From contig JAUXBQ010000001.1 in the NCBI GenBank assembly GCA_030619365.1, forward strand, positions 1 to 42,716: a DNA stretch of 42,716 bases. The letters run 5' to 3'. Source of the stretch: a candidate division FCPU426 bacterium (lineage in GTDB: Bacteria > Oederibacteriota > JAAXVQ01 > JAUVAV01). Of this stretch, positions 16,680 through 23,455 are shown in pieces. The first letter of the stretch is position 1; every line of letters starts with the position of its first letter. The notes beneath the pieces were generated by a model. It was not told the origin of the DNA. It saw only the letters and a program-made list of their open reading frames with translations, and made no database searches. A program made the translations under genes and the position numbers.

Positions 16680-18125
16680 TTATTCAAAGCGTTTCCGGCG
16701 GCTGGCCGGAAGCAGGTTCAGTTCTTCGCGATACTTGGCCACCGTGCGGCGCGCGATTCGAAAGCCTTTGACCGCCAGCATCTCGGTGAGGCGCTGGTCG
16801 GAAAACGGCCGCCGGAGATTTTCCTGCGCCACGAATTCCTGGATCGCGGCTTTCACGCTGGTGGAGGAAATATCGCCTCCGTCCACGCGCTTGATCTGGC
16901 TGGAGAAAAAGTACTTCAACCGAAACAGCCCCCGCGGGGTCTGGATGTACTTATGACTGGTCACGCGGGAAACCGTCGACTCATGCAGCTCAACCCGATC
17001 GGCGATCTGCTTCAACGTCAAGGGCTTTAAGTGTTCAACGCCTTTTTCGAAAAAATCTTCCTGAAACTCCACAATGGTTTCCACCACCCGGTACAGCGTC
17101 TTGCGCCGTTCGTCGATGCTGCGGATCATCCACTTGGCCCGCTGCAGGCGGTCATCCAGGTACTTGCGGGTTTCCGGCGTAATCTTCGATCCCCGCCGCA
17201 GCAATTTGCGGTAGGTGCCGCTGATTTTCAGCTCTGGCAGGGAATCGTTATTAATGATAATAATGTACTGATCGTCGTGTTTTTCCAGTATCACGTCCGG
17301 GACCACGTATTCCACGTGACCGGAAATATGGTGACGGCCCGGATAGGGGTCCAGCCCTGCGATGACTTTGGCCGCGGCGGCCACCTGACTGCGAGGCACT
17401 TTTTCGGCCCGGGTGATCTGATCCAATTGGTGCCGCTCCAGGGCCAGAAAATGTTTCTCCACGATGGTTTCCGCCAGCGGATTACACTCGGGCAGCTGCC
17501 GCAATTGAATCAGCAGGCTCTCCTTAACGTCCCGGGCACCCACGCCCACGGGATCCAGGCCCTGGATAATGGCCAGCACGTCCGCCACCAGGTCCGGCAG
17601 GGCTCCGCTTTCCCGGGTGATCTCCTCGAGCGGCACGGACAAAAATCCGCGCTCATCCAGGTTGCCGATGATCAGCTCGCCGATACGGTATTCTTCCTCT
17701 TGGCTGATGACCAGCCGCAATTGCCACAGCAAATGTTCCTGCAGCGTGGGTTGCTGGGCGATTTGCGGTTCGCTGTAGTCCGGCCCGGTCTGGCGCTCGA
17801 ATTTGGGAAGTTCGTAATCGTCGCTCCAAAAATAATCGGCCCAGCGCTCCTGCTCGATGTCGGAATTTACCTGCTGCCCCTCGTCCAGGACCACTTCCTG
17901 GGTTCGATCGCGCTCCGCGGTTGCCGGGGCTTCTTCTTCTGTGGCCGGATGAAGAGCGGGTCCCTCGCCGTTGTTCTGCTCTTCCAGCATGGGATTTTCC
18001 GCCAATTCCTGAGTGACCGTATTTGCCAGCTCAACCGTGGTCAATTGGAGCACCTTGAGCGCCTGCTGCAGCATGGGCGTCAGGGTCTGCTTTAATTCAT
18101 GACGGATATCCAATCCCAGCTTCAA
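16680..18125 (-). CDS. rpoN: RNA polymerase sigma-54 factor
   Basis: N-terminal 'LKQTLTPMLQQALKVLQL'; C-terminal HTH and RpoN box 'ARRTVAKYRE'. 481 aa. TTG start at 18125 with AAGGGA upstream. Confidence 0.95.
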   Translation of the reverse strand: MKLGLDIRHELKQTLTPMLQQALKVLQLTTVELANTVTQELAENPMLEEQNNGEGPALHPATEEEAPATAERDRTQEVVLDEGQQVNSDIEQERWADYFWSDDYELPKFERQTGPDYSEPQIAQQPTLQEHLLWQLRLVISQEEEYRIGELIIGNLDERGFLSVPLEEITRESGALPDLVADVLAIIQGLDPVGVGARDVKESLLIQLRQLPECNPLAETIVEKHFLALERHQLDQITRAEKVPRSQVAAAAKVIAGLDPYPGRHHISGHVEYVVPDVILEKHDDQYIIIINNDSLPELKISGTYRKLLRRGSKITPETRKYLDDRLQRAKWMIRSIDERRKTLYRVVETIVEFQEDFFEKGVEHLKPLTLKQIADRVELHESTVSRVTSHKYIQTPRGLFRLKYFFSSQIKRVDGGDISSTSVKAAIQEFVAQENLRRPFSDQRLTEMLAVKGFRIARRTVAKYREELNLLPASRRKRFE

Positions 18126-18215
18126 GACAATTCCCTTCTCTCAATGCAAAACATCGACCAGGCCAAAAAGGCTTGTTTTTGAAGATTTCTTTGATTATAC
18201 CGCGACAATTGCTGA

Positions 18216-18244
18216 ATTATAGAATCGTTTTTTTCTTTTGTCAA
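18216..18244 (-). promoter_or_regulatory. consensus sigma-70 promoter upstream of rpoN
   Basis: Minus strand reads TTGACA (18244..18239), a 17-nt spacer, then TATAAT (18221..18216). This is about 90 nt upstream of the rpoN start. Confidence 0.6.
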
Positions 18245-18277
18245 GGACGCAGAGGTTGGAATTGTTTTATTTTGAGA

Positions 18278-19036
18278 CTATTGCCCGTATTCCAATCTGG
18301 AAGCGAGAAATTCCGGTAATCCGGCAGAAAGAATCTTTTTCTGTGAAACCGCGATATCATAGGAAAGCGCCCTAAATTCAAGCTCCGGCGGTTTTTCCCT
18401 GACCAATAGCCACTTGGCCCGGGGGTCGTTGTCGCGGGGTTGTCCCACGCTCCCGCCGTTCACGACATAGCGGTTGCCGGGTTCCAAGGCCAGGTGCCTG
18501 AGACCGACCCGGTCCGTGGAATAGGACGGCAGGCTGATGGACTGAACGACGCCTGGCACGATTTCTGCCGCCGCGGCCGGCACATGCGTGTGCCCGAAAA
18601 AGCAAATGGTTTCAGAAAAGGCCCGAAAAGCGTTTTCCAGGTTCCAGCGATGCTGGAGATAGTGAAAACGCAGCGGTTCGTCCGGTGAGCCATGGACCAG
18701 TCGGGCGTCAGCCCCGACTTTGACCAGCGGCCACTGGGCGATGCGCTCGCGCTGGGCGCCGGTCAGGCGGGTCTGCGTCCAGCGTTCGGCCACAGCCGCC
18801 ACGGGATTCATGGCCGCTATGTGAGCGGGCTGAAGCAGCGCGTCTTCGTGATTGCCCTGCAGCAGGATTTCGCAATGCTCGCAGACCAGGTCCAGGCAGG
18901 CCGCGGGGTCCGCGCCATAGCCGATCACGTCGCCCAGGCAGTAAACCGCGTCCACGCCCGTGTCCCGGATATCCGCCAGGACCGCCTCCAGGGCTTCCAG
19001 ATTGCCGTGCACATCCGCGATGACCGCGACCCTCAC
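18278..19036 (-). CDS. metallophosphoesterase (YfcE/MJ0936-like)
   Basis: 'RVAVIADVHGNLEALEAVL', 'VYCLGDVIGYGADP', 'LQGNHE' and 'FFGHTH' motifs. I prefer the GTG at 19036 (GGGGAGAG 8 nt upstream). The ORF-track start is 19081. Confidence 0.8.
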   Translation of the reverse strand: MRVAVIADVHGNLEALEAVLADIRDTGVDAVYCLGDVIGYGADPAACLDLVCEHCEILLQGNHEDALLQPAHIAAMNPVAAVAERWTQTRLTGAQRERIAQWPLVKVGADARLVHGSPDEPLRFHYLQHRWNLENAFRAFSETICFFGHTHVPAAAAEIVPGVVQSISLPSYSTDRVGLRHLALEPGNRYVVNGGSVGQPRDNDPRAKWLLVREKPPELEFRALSYDIAVSQKKILSAGLPEFLASRLEYGQ

Positions 19037-19093
19037 TTGAGTTGCTCTCCCCGCAAACACCAACGGCACTGCCGCGCTCACGGGGATAAATGT

Positions 19094-19190
19094 CCCCGCC
19101 CTGACGGGCGGGGTATTCAGGATACCCTCACCCCTACCCCTCTCCCTGCTAGGGAGAGGGCATGCGGTTACCCCGCACTTACGTGCGGGG
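19094..19190. repeat. cluster of three GC-rich stem-loops (REP-like)
   Basis: The three are CCCCGCCC-tgac-GGGCGGGG (19094..19113), CCCTCTCCCT-gct-AGGGAGAGGG (19138..19160) and CCCCGCAC-ttac-GTGCGGGG (19171..19190). The outer two resemble each other. The middle one, with its upstream ACCCTCACCCC, resembles 5151..5193. Confidence 0.7.
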
Positions 19191-19227
19191 ATTCTTTGGT
19201 ATGTTGAACAGTGCCGCCTAAGTTTGC

Positions 19228-19419
19228 TTACTCTTCTATCAGGATGGCAGCGGCCGGACAGACATCCGCCGTGTTCTTGGCCTTATCCGCCAAATCGCCT
19301 TCCGGGTTTGCCACGAGCACCTTGGCCAATCCATTGTCAGCCATCTCAAAGACTTCTGGCAGGTCCGTAGTACACAGGCTGCAGCCCGTGCACAAGCTTT
19401 CATCTATAGTGACTTTCAT
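19228..19419 (-). CDS. small single-cluster ferredoxin
   Basis: 63 aa. 'CTGCSLC' plus distal 'CP' (CxxCxxC...CP). Strong SD AAGGAGGA upstream of the ATG. Confidence 0.85.
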   Translation of the reverse strand: MKVTIDESLCTGCSLCTTDLPEVFEMADNGLAKVLVANPEGDLADKAKNTADVCPAAAILIEE

Positions 19420-19488
19420 TGCGAGCTTCCTCCTTCTGATTGATATTCTTACTCAACTTATGCAAATACCCATTCACCGTATGCTATT

Positions 19489-19606
19489 AACGACCAGGCG
19501 GGTGGTCTGCTTTTACCAAGTCTCGCGCCCTGGCTGGGCGCTTGCTGTCATGACCAGGTTTTTCTTCGCCACCTCTTGGGAAAAGCAGACCACCCGCTTG
19601 GTTGTT
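19489..19606. repeat. long imperfect inverted repeat: 32-nt arms with 29/32 complementary, 54-nt spacer
   Basis: The left arm is AACGACCAGGCGGGTGGTCTGCTTTTACCAAG (19489..19520). The right arm is CTTGGGAAAAGCAGACCACCCGCTTGGTTGTT (19575..19606). The spacer holds a nested CGCCC-N5-GGGCG hairpin (19526..19540). It lies between the DUF116 stop and the ferredoxin start. Confidence 0.8.
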
Positions 19607-19662
19607 CCAGCACCGGATTGCTCCCACCGAAGCTAAAGCTGTTTTTTGCAAAAATCGTGTTA

Positions 19663-20469
19663 TTATTTAACGGCAGGCTTCCCTGGTTGGCCCAGGAACA
19701 TGCGAATGGCCTCCTCAATTTGCGTGAGATCCACCACCGTGTTCTTACAGGGTCCGTCCGGTCTCCGAATGGAAAAAGCCAGCACCGGTATCCGGCCGTG
19801 CAGGTCCTTGATACCCACCAATAAATCCCGCTCACAGGCCACGGCCACAATGCCCTGGGGCCGGTGTTGGGCAATGCCCTTGCGGGCCTCTGTGCCGCCG
19901 AAGGCCACAACTTGGGAAAAACCATAAGCGTCCTTCAGGGCCCGCAGTCCCTGCATGCTCTCCCTGCCCAGGCAACGCGGCGCCAGAAGCAACAACCGGA
20001 CCGGGTCCTGAATCAAGGGCGGCAGTACTTCCAGGCGGTTGTAAATGCGCACAAAGGCGTGTCCCACGCGGTCGCGCGATAACCCGAACACCTTGCCCCA
20101 GGTCACGGCCGGACTGATGGCCCAGCGGATGCCCCCGAGAAAACGCACCATCTGCTTGCCAGCACCCAGGCCCTGCGTTCCCAGCAGTAGAGACAGGTAC
20201 CAAGCCAGTAGATAACCCGCTCCCGCGGCCGCGATTACCCAAACCAGCCAGCCCGTGCCAAAGGCCGAGAGCCGCGGAGCAACCAACCATAGCGCAAGTC
20301 CGCCGAGCGCCATGGCACTTGCCATTGTCAAGCCAGTCAAAACGACGAACACCCAGGCCGGCGTTTCGGTGTTGTCCTGTTGACGGGTTCCGTCCCAGTC
20401 AACCCATTCGTCTCCCAGCTTGCGGTCCGGATCGGTCGCTGGCGGCTGATCTGGCTTTTCAAACGGCAC
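19663..20469 (-). CDS. DUF116-like membrane protein
   Basis: N-terminal TM helices, then 'LLLAPRCL...VVAFGGTEARKGI...PQGIVAVACERDLLVGI...IPVLAF...GPCKNTVVDL'. From memory this matches the DUF116 pattern (..GGT.A....IiaVACERDL..G...iP...GpC.nT.Vd). Family call not verified. Confidence 0.55.
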   Translation of the reverse strand: MPFEKPDQPPATDPDRKLGDEWVDWDGTRQQDNTETPAWVFVVLTGLTMASAMALGGLALWLVAPRLSAFGTGWLVWVIAAAGAGYLLAWYLSLLLGTQGLGAGKQMVRFLGGIRWAISPAVTWGKVFGLSRDRVGHAFVRIYNRLEVLPPLIQDPVRLLLLAPRCLGRESMQGLRALKDAYGFSQVVAFGGTEARKGIAQHRPQGIVAVACERDLLVGIKDLHGRIPVLAFSIRRPDGPCKNTVVDLTQIEEAIRMFLGQPGKPAVK

Positions 20470-20509
20470 TGGCCCAGTCCTCGCTATGATCGGCGATAAT
20501 CAGCTCAGA

Positions 20510-20538
20510 AGTATAAACGCCGGCCGGGGAACAGTCAA
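20510..20538 (-). promoter_or_regulatory. near-consensus sigma-70 promoter upstream of the DUF116-like gene
   Basis: Minus strand reads TTGACT (20538..20533), a 17-nt spacer, then TATACT (20515..20510). This is about 40 nt upstream of the GTG at 20469. Confidence 0.55.
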
Positions 20539-20612
20539 GAATGAATCCTGGTCCGCCGGGGTCCGGACTACGCTGGCCTGGATTTCAGGGGAGGGATGAC
20601 CAATGATCTAAT

Positions 20613-21239
20613 TTATGAGGCCAATAGGATAATCCCCTTAAAAGCAAACCACAATCCAATTCCACCCGCAGCCCAGCGGCCGACGACTTGAATCCACTTT
20701 CCCCTGGCCAGTAGGCCCGCGGCCGGCAGGGGCAATAAAATCAGAGAGGTGCCGACAAAAAACGAGGACAGAACCAGGAAGCCGCCCCAGGGCCCGCCCG
20801 AGCGGGAGGCGCTCAGCAAAACGGCCAGAAAAGGCGGACAGATATTGATGCCGGTCAGGAGCCCCAGCATAAGGGGCGTGCGCTCTTGCCAGGCGCCTTT
20901 TTCCAGAAACCGGCAAAACGACCAGTGGGGAAAATTCTGCAATAGGGCAAACAGGACCAGTACCACGCCCAAGCCGGTAAAAACCACGCCTTCCAGCAGG
21001 CGGGCCGGCCGGTCCGGCAACATGATTTCCCGGCCCATCCAGCCGGCCAGGAGCCCCATGGCGGCGTAGCCGATAAAACGCCCACCTAGAAATTGCCCGA
21101 ACGCCTTGAGGTTGGCCAGCCCGCTCCGTTGCTCGGCCCCGAAATAGGGGAGCAGGAGGGGCACGCATACGCCCAGGCAGGAGGGAGAAAGAGCCAGGCC
21201 CAAAATGAATCCTTGTCCCAATAGGGTGGAAATATCCAT
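20613..21239 (-). CDS. CcdA/DsbD-like (DsbD_2/TauE-like) polytopic membrane protein
   Basis: 208 aa with about 6 hydrophobic helices. A TM1 Cys-Pro context 'GLALSPSCLGVCVPLLLPY' and a later 'GINICPPFL' recall the two TM cysteines of CcdA (SPCvLP / PCigP). The CDS call is solid. The functional call is tentative. Confidence 0.5.
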   Translation of the reverse strand: MDISTLLGQGFILGLALSPSCLGVCVPLLLPYFGAEQRSGLANLKAFGQFLGGRFIGYAAMGLLAGWMGREIMLPDRPARLLEGVVFTGLGVVLVLFALLQNFPHWSFCRFLEKGAWQERTPLMLGLLTGINICPPFLAVLLSASRSGGPWGGFLVLSSFFVGTSLILLPLPAAGLLARGKWIQVVGRWAAGGIGLWFAFKGIILLAS

Positions 21240-21305
21240 GAGGGTTACTCTACTTTTTATAAATGCGATGCACGAGAAGGTAGGGGGTCCTTCGTCCCCC
21301 GGGAT

Positions 21306-22571
21306 TCAGGCGGTTGGGGCGGGATACTTTTTGACCATGACCAGCTGATTGGCCCCCTTGCGCGAGACGTACTGCACGTTATCCATCAGGGAATTGATTA
21401 AAATACCGCCCACGCCCCGCTCCTCGCTCCGTTGGATAGCCGCCCGAATTGAGCGGACTTTGCGACGGGTGATGTCATAGGGGGCGCCCCGGTCCTGTAT
21501 CCTGATTGCCAGATATTTCTTGAAAAAGCGTATCTTTACGCTCATGACCTGGTGGGTGTCGAAATCGTAACCGTGCTCAATTATGTTGAGCAGGGCCTCT
21601 TCCACCGCCAGCACCACGTCATTTACGAAGGTTTCCGGGAATTTTTCCTGCTCGCAGATGCTGGTGATAAACTGACGGATCGCGCCGATATGATTGACGT
21701 CACTGTTGATTTTAATTTCCACGTCTCTAAACCGCGTGGGGGGCGGACTCTCCGGGCTCCCCTTTTTGAGCGTAATGACGTGCGCCCAGGCATCAACGAA
21801 AAATATTTCGCCGCAATGCTGGCAGCGATAGATATTCATCCCCTTCACGTGCGCCTGAGAGCGGCAGCTGTGGCAATTGACCAGGCAGGGAAATTTCGCG
21901 AGGCGCTCGTCTTCATAGACGTGCAGGGAGAAGCGTTTATCCACTTCCCCATCGCCGATGCTCAGGGTGCGATACCCTGAATCCGTAATGGCGATTTTGC
22001 CTTCCCACACACCGCTCTGAAAATCCTTGAGTACGTGGGGAAAAACCAACCCCTCGTCAACCGCGAAGTGCGGTTCTCCCTCGTAGTCCTGGACGGGCTG
22101 TTCATCCCGGTCGCGCGCCTCCACCCTGATTTCGTGTTCCCGCCCGGCGACGAATTTCTTTTCTTTTTTCAGGAAAATTTTAAAATGGCTGACAGCCGTC
22201 TGGGCCGCTTTTAACTCCAGCGGCCGCCATTCGGCCACTTCGGTTTCCGCGTCCAGGAAATCAACGATATCCGTCAAACCAATGCCCTTAAAAACATTCA
22301 GGACTTTGGGCGACACGTGCAGCAGCTTGATGTCTCCCCCGGGCTGATTGCGCACGCGCTTCAGGCAGCCGACAATCGCCCCCACGCCCACGGAACTGAT
22401 GTAGTCCATCTCCGTCAGGTCGATGAGAATCCGGGTTTGCTGGTTGTCGATTAATTTCTGCAGGCAAGACTTGAATTCGGGCGTGGAATAGACATCAATT
22501 GTGCCCTGGACTTTCAGGCGGGTAACCTCGGCATTTACTTCGCTGGGCGCTATTTCGAAGGTTGTTTCCAT
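21306..22571 (-). CDS. fusion protein: STAS (anti-sigma-factor antagonist) domain, unassigned domain, CxxC-x13-CxxC zinc ribbon, RsbW/SpoIIAB-type serine kinase domain
   Basis: STAS region: 'ILIDLTEMDYISSVGVGAIVGCLKRVRNQPGGDIKLLHVSPKVLNVFKGIGLTDI'. Zinc knuckles: 'NCHSCRSQAHVKGMNIYRCQHCGEIF'. Kinase N box 'VLAVEEALLNIIEHGY', G1 'IQDRGAPYD' and G2 'ERGVGGILINSLMDNV'. I prefer the ATG at 22571 (METTFEI). The ORF-track TTG start is 22589. Confidence 0.8.
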   Translation of the reverse strand: METTFEIAPSEVNAEVTRLKVQGTIDVYSTPEFKSCLQKLIDNQQTRILIDLTEMDYISSVGVGAIVGCLKRVRNQPGGDIKLLHVSPKVLNVFKGIGLTDIVDFLDAETEVAEWRPLELKAAQTAVSHFKIFLKKEKKFVAGREHEIRVEARDRDEQPVQDYEGEPHFAVDEGLVFPHVLKDFQSGVWEGKIAITDSGYRTLSIGDGEVDKRFSLHVYEDERLAKFPCLVNCHSCRSQAHVKGMNIYRCQHCGEIFFVDAWAHVITLKKGSPESPPPTRFRDVEIKINSDVNHIGAIRQFITSICEQEKFPETFVNDVVLAVEEALLNIIEHGYDFDTHQVMSVKIRFFKKYLAIRIQDRGAPYDITRRKVRSIRAAIQRSEERGVGGILINSLMDNVQYVSRKGANQLVMVKKYPAPTA

Positions 22572-22617
22572 ATCCAACCCTTTCTGCAAACCCTGGAAAA
22601 CAGGCTATAAATATTTA

Positions 22618-22726
22618 GCCACAGATACATACAGATGCACACAGAAAAATAAAGATTAAATAAAAATAAGTATTTAAAGATTTTTTACTCTAGCTCGATC
22701 TGTGTGAATCCGTGTGCATCTGTGGC
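22618..22726. repeat. imperfect inverted repeat of CACAGAT-type units: 27-nt arms with 23/27 complementary, around a 55-nt almost pure A/T spacer
   Basis: The left arm is GCCACAGATACATACAGATGCACACAG (22618..22644). The right arm is CTGTGTGAATCCGTGTGCATCTGTGGC (22700..22726). It lies in the divergent intergenic region between 22571 and 23015. Confidence 0.8.
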
Positions 22727-22886
22727 GATTCTTATCCTGCGCCGGGTCGTTCCCGGTGGCTGGCCATAAGCCCGCGCCGCACCCGCGCCCGTCCGGACGC
22801 ATCCGGAGAAACTAAATTGTACCCAGGTTAAAACAGGGGAGTCAATGATAATCATCGGCGCCCTGTCCCGGAGAGAAGGTTTGCCA

Positions 22887-22916
22887 TTGGTAAAAAGGCA
22901 TTCTATCCCTTATAAT
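22887..22916 (+). promoter_or_regulatory. candidate sigma-70 promoter for the STAS and PP2C operon
   Basis: TTGGTA (22887..22892), an 18-nt spacer, then TATAAT (22911..22916). This is about 100 nt upstream of the ATG at 23015. The -35 element is only a partial match. Confidence 0.35.
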
Positions 22917-23014
22917 AATCCAGTGGCGAGGCATTGGGCTCTGTTGGCTCGATACCCGCAGACTAACCGCGCCGGGAGTAACGGCCCCCGGCTTTCGGCC
23001 TTGAGCGAGGTACT

Positions 23015-23368
23015 ATGAGCGGCGTTAAACTATCCCAGGAGCTTCAGGACGGCATCGTAATCCTCCGGGTCAGCGGCTTTATGGACATGTTGGGAATGGA
23101 AAAATTCGTGCAAACGCTGGATAGATGTATTATGGATGGCACCAGTAAAATTATTTTGGATTTTAAGTTCCTGGAATATATTTCCTCAGCCGGGTTGGGG
23201 GCCATAATCGGCCGTATCCGCGACCTGCGGCGGGTCGGCGGCGACATCAAAATAGGCGGTTACTCTGACCGGGTTTTTGAGCTGTTTCAAACCTTTGGGT
23301 TCACCGAGACCTTTGACATCTGTGACGACATCGCCAAAGCGCTCGCAAACTTTAAAAATCCGTCTTAA
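23015..23368 (+). CDS. STAS-domain anti-sigma-factor antagonist (SpoIIAA/RsbV-like)
   Basis: 117 aa. 'IILDFKFLEYISSAGLGAIIGRIRDLRRVGGDIKIGGYSDRVFELFQTFGFTETF' includes the conserved phosphorylatable Ser context. GAGG SD upstream. Confidence 0.9.
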   Translation: MSGVKLSQELQDGIVILRVSGFMDMLGMEKFVQTLDRCIMDGTSKIILDFKFLEYISSAGLGAIIGRIRDLRRVGGDIKIGGYSDRVFELFQTFGFTETFDICDDIAKALANFKNPS

Positions 23369-23455
23369 GCCGTTCTGCCTCCGCCGACGCCCCGGTTTTA
23401 GGGTATCGGCCGCTCGTCAAGGGACCCGGCAATTTCCGAAAAGGAACCAAACCCT

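Noticed and set aside
19489-19606. Integron attC-site interpretation of the long inverted repeats (also 31123..31244)
   Set aside because: The arm ends do not match the RYYYAAC and GTTRRRY core sites. The neighbouring genes are housekeeping rather than promoterless cassettes. No integron integrase is present.
22618-22726. CRISPR array interpretation of the repeated CACAGAT units and other repeats
   Set aside because: The units are short, imperfect and arranged as an inverted pair, not as regularly spaced direct repeats with unique spacers. No cas genes are in the window.
22757-22771. Sigma-54 promoter-like TGGCTGgccatAAGC (GG-N10-GC spacing) upstream of the STAS operon
   Set aside because: Only the GG and GC dinucleotides fit. 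The -12 element lacks the TTGC context, and the site lies about 245 nt from the ATG. The match is too weak to call. I found no convincing TGGCAC-N5-TTGC site in any intergenic region of the window.
22845-23018. 57-codon plus-strand ORF ending in an ATGA overlap with the STAS gene
   Set aside because: The SD-like GGGGAG is only 3 nt from the ATG. The peptide is Arg-rich and featureless. The ORF also contains the best promoter candidate for the STAS gene (22887..22916). It is probably non-coding leader or promoter DNA.
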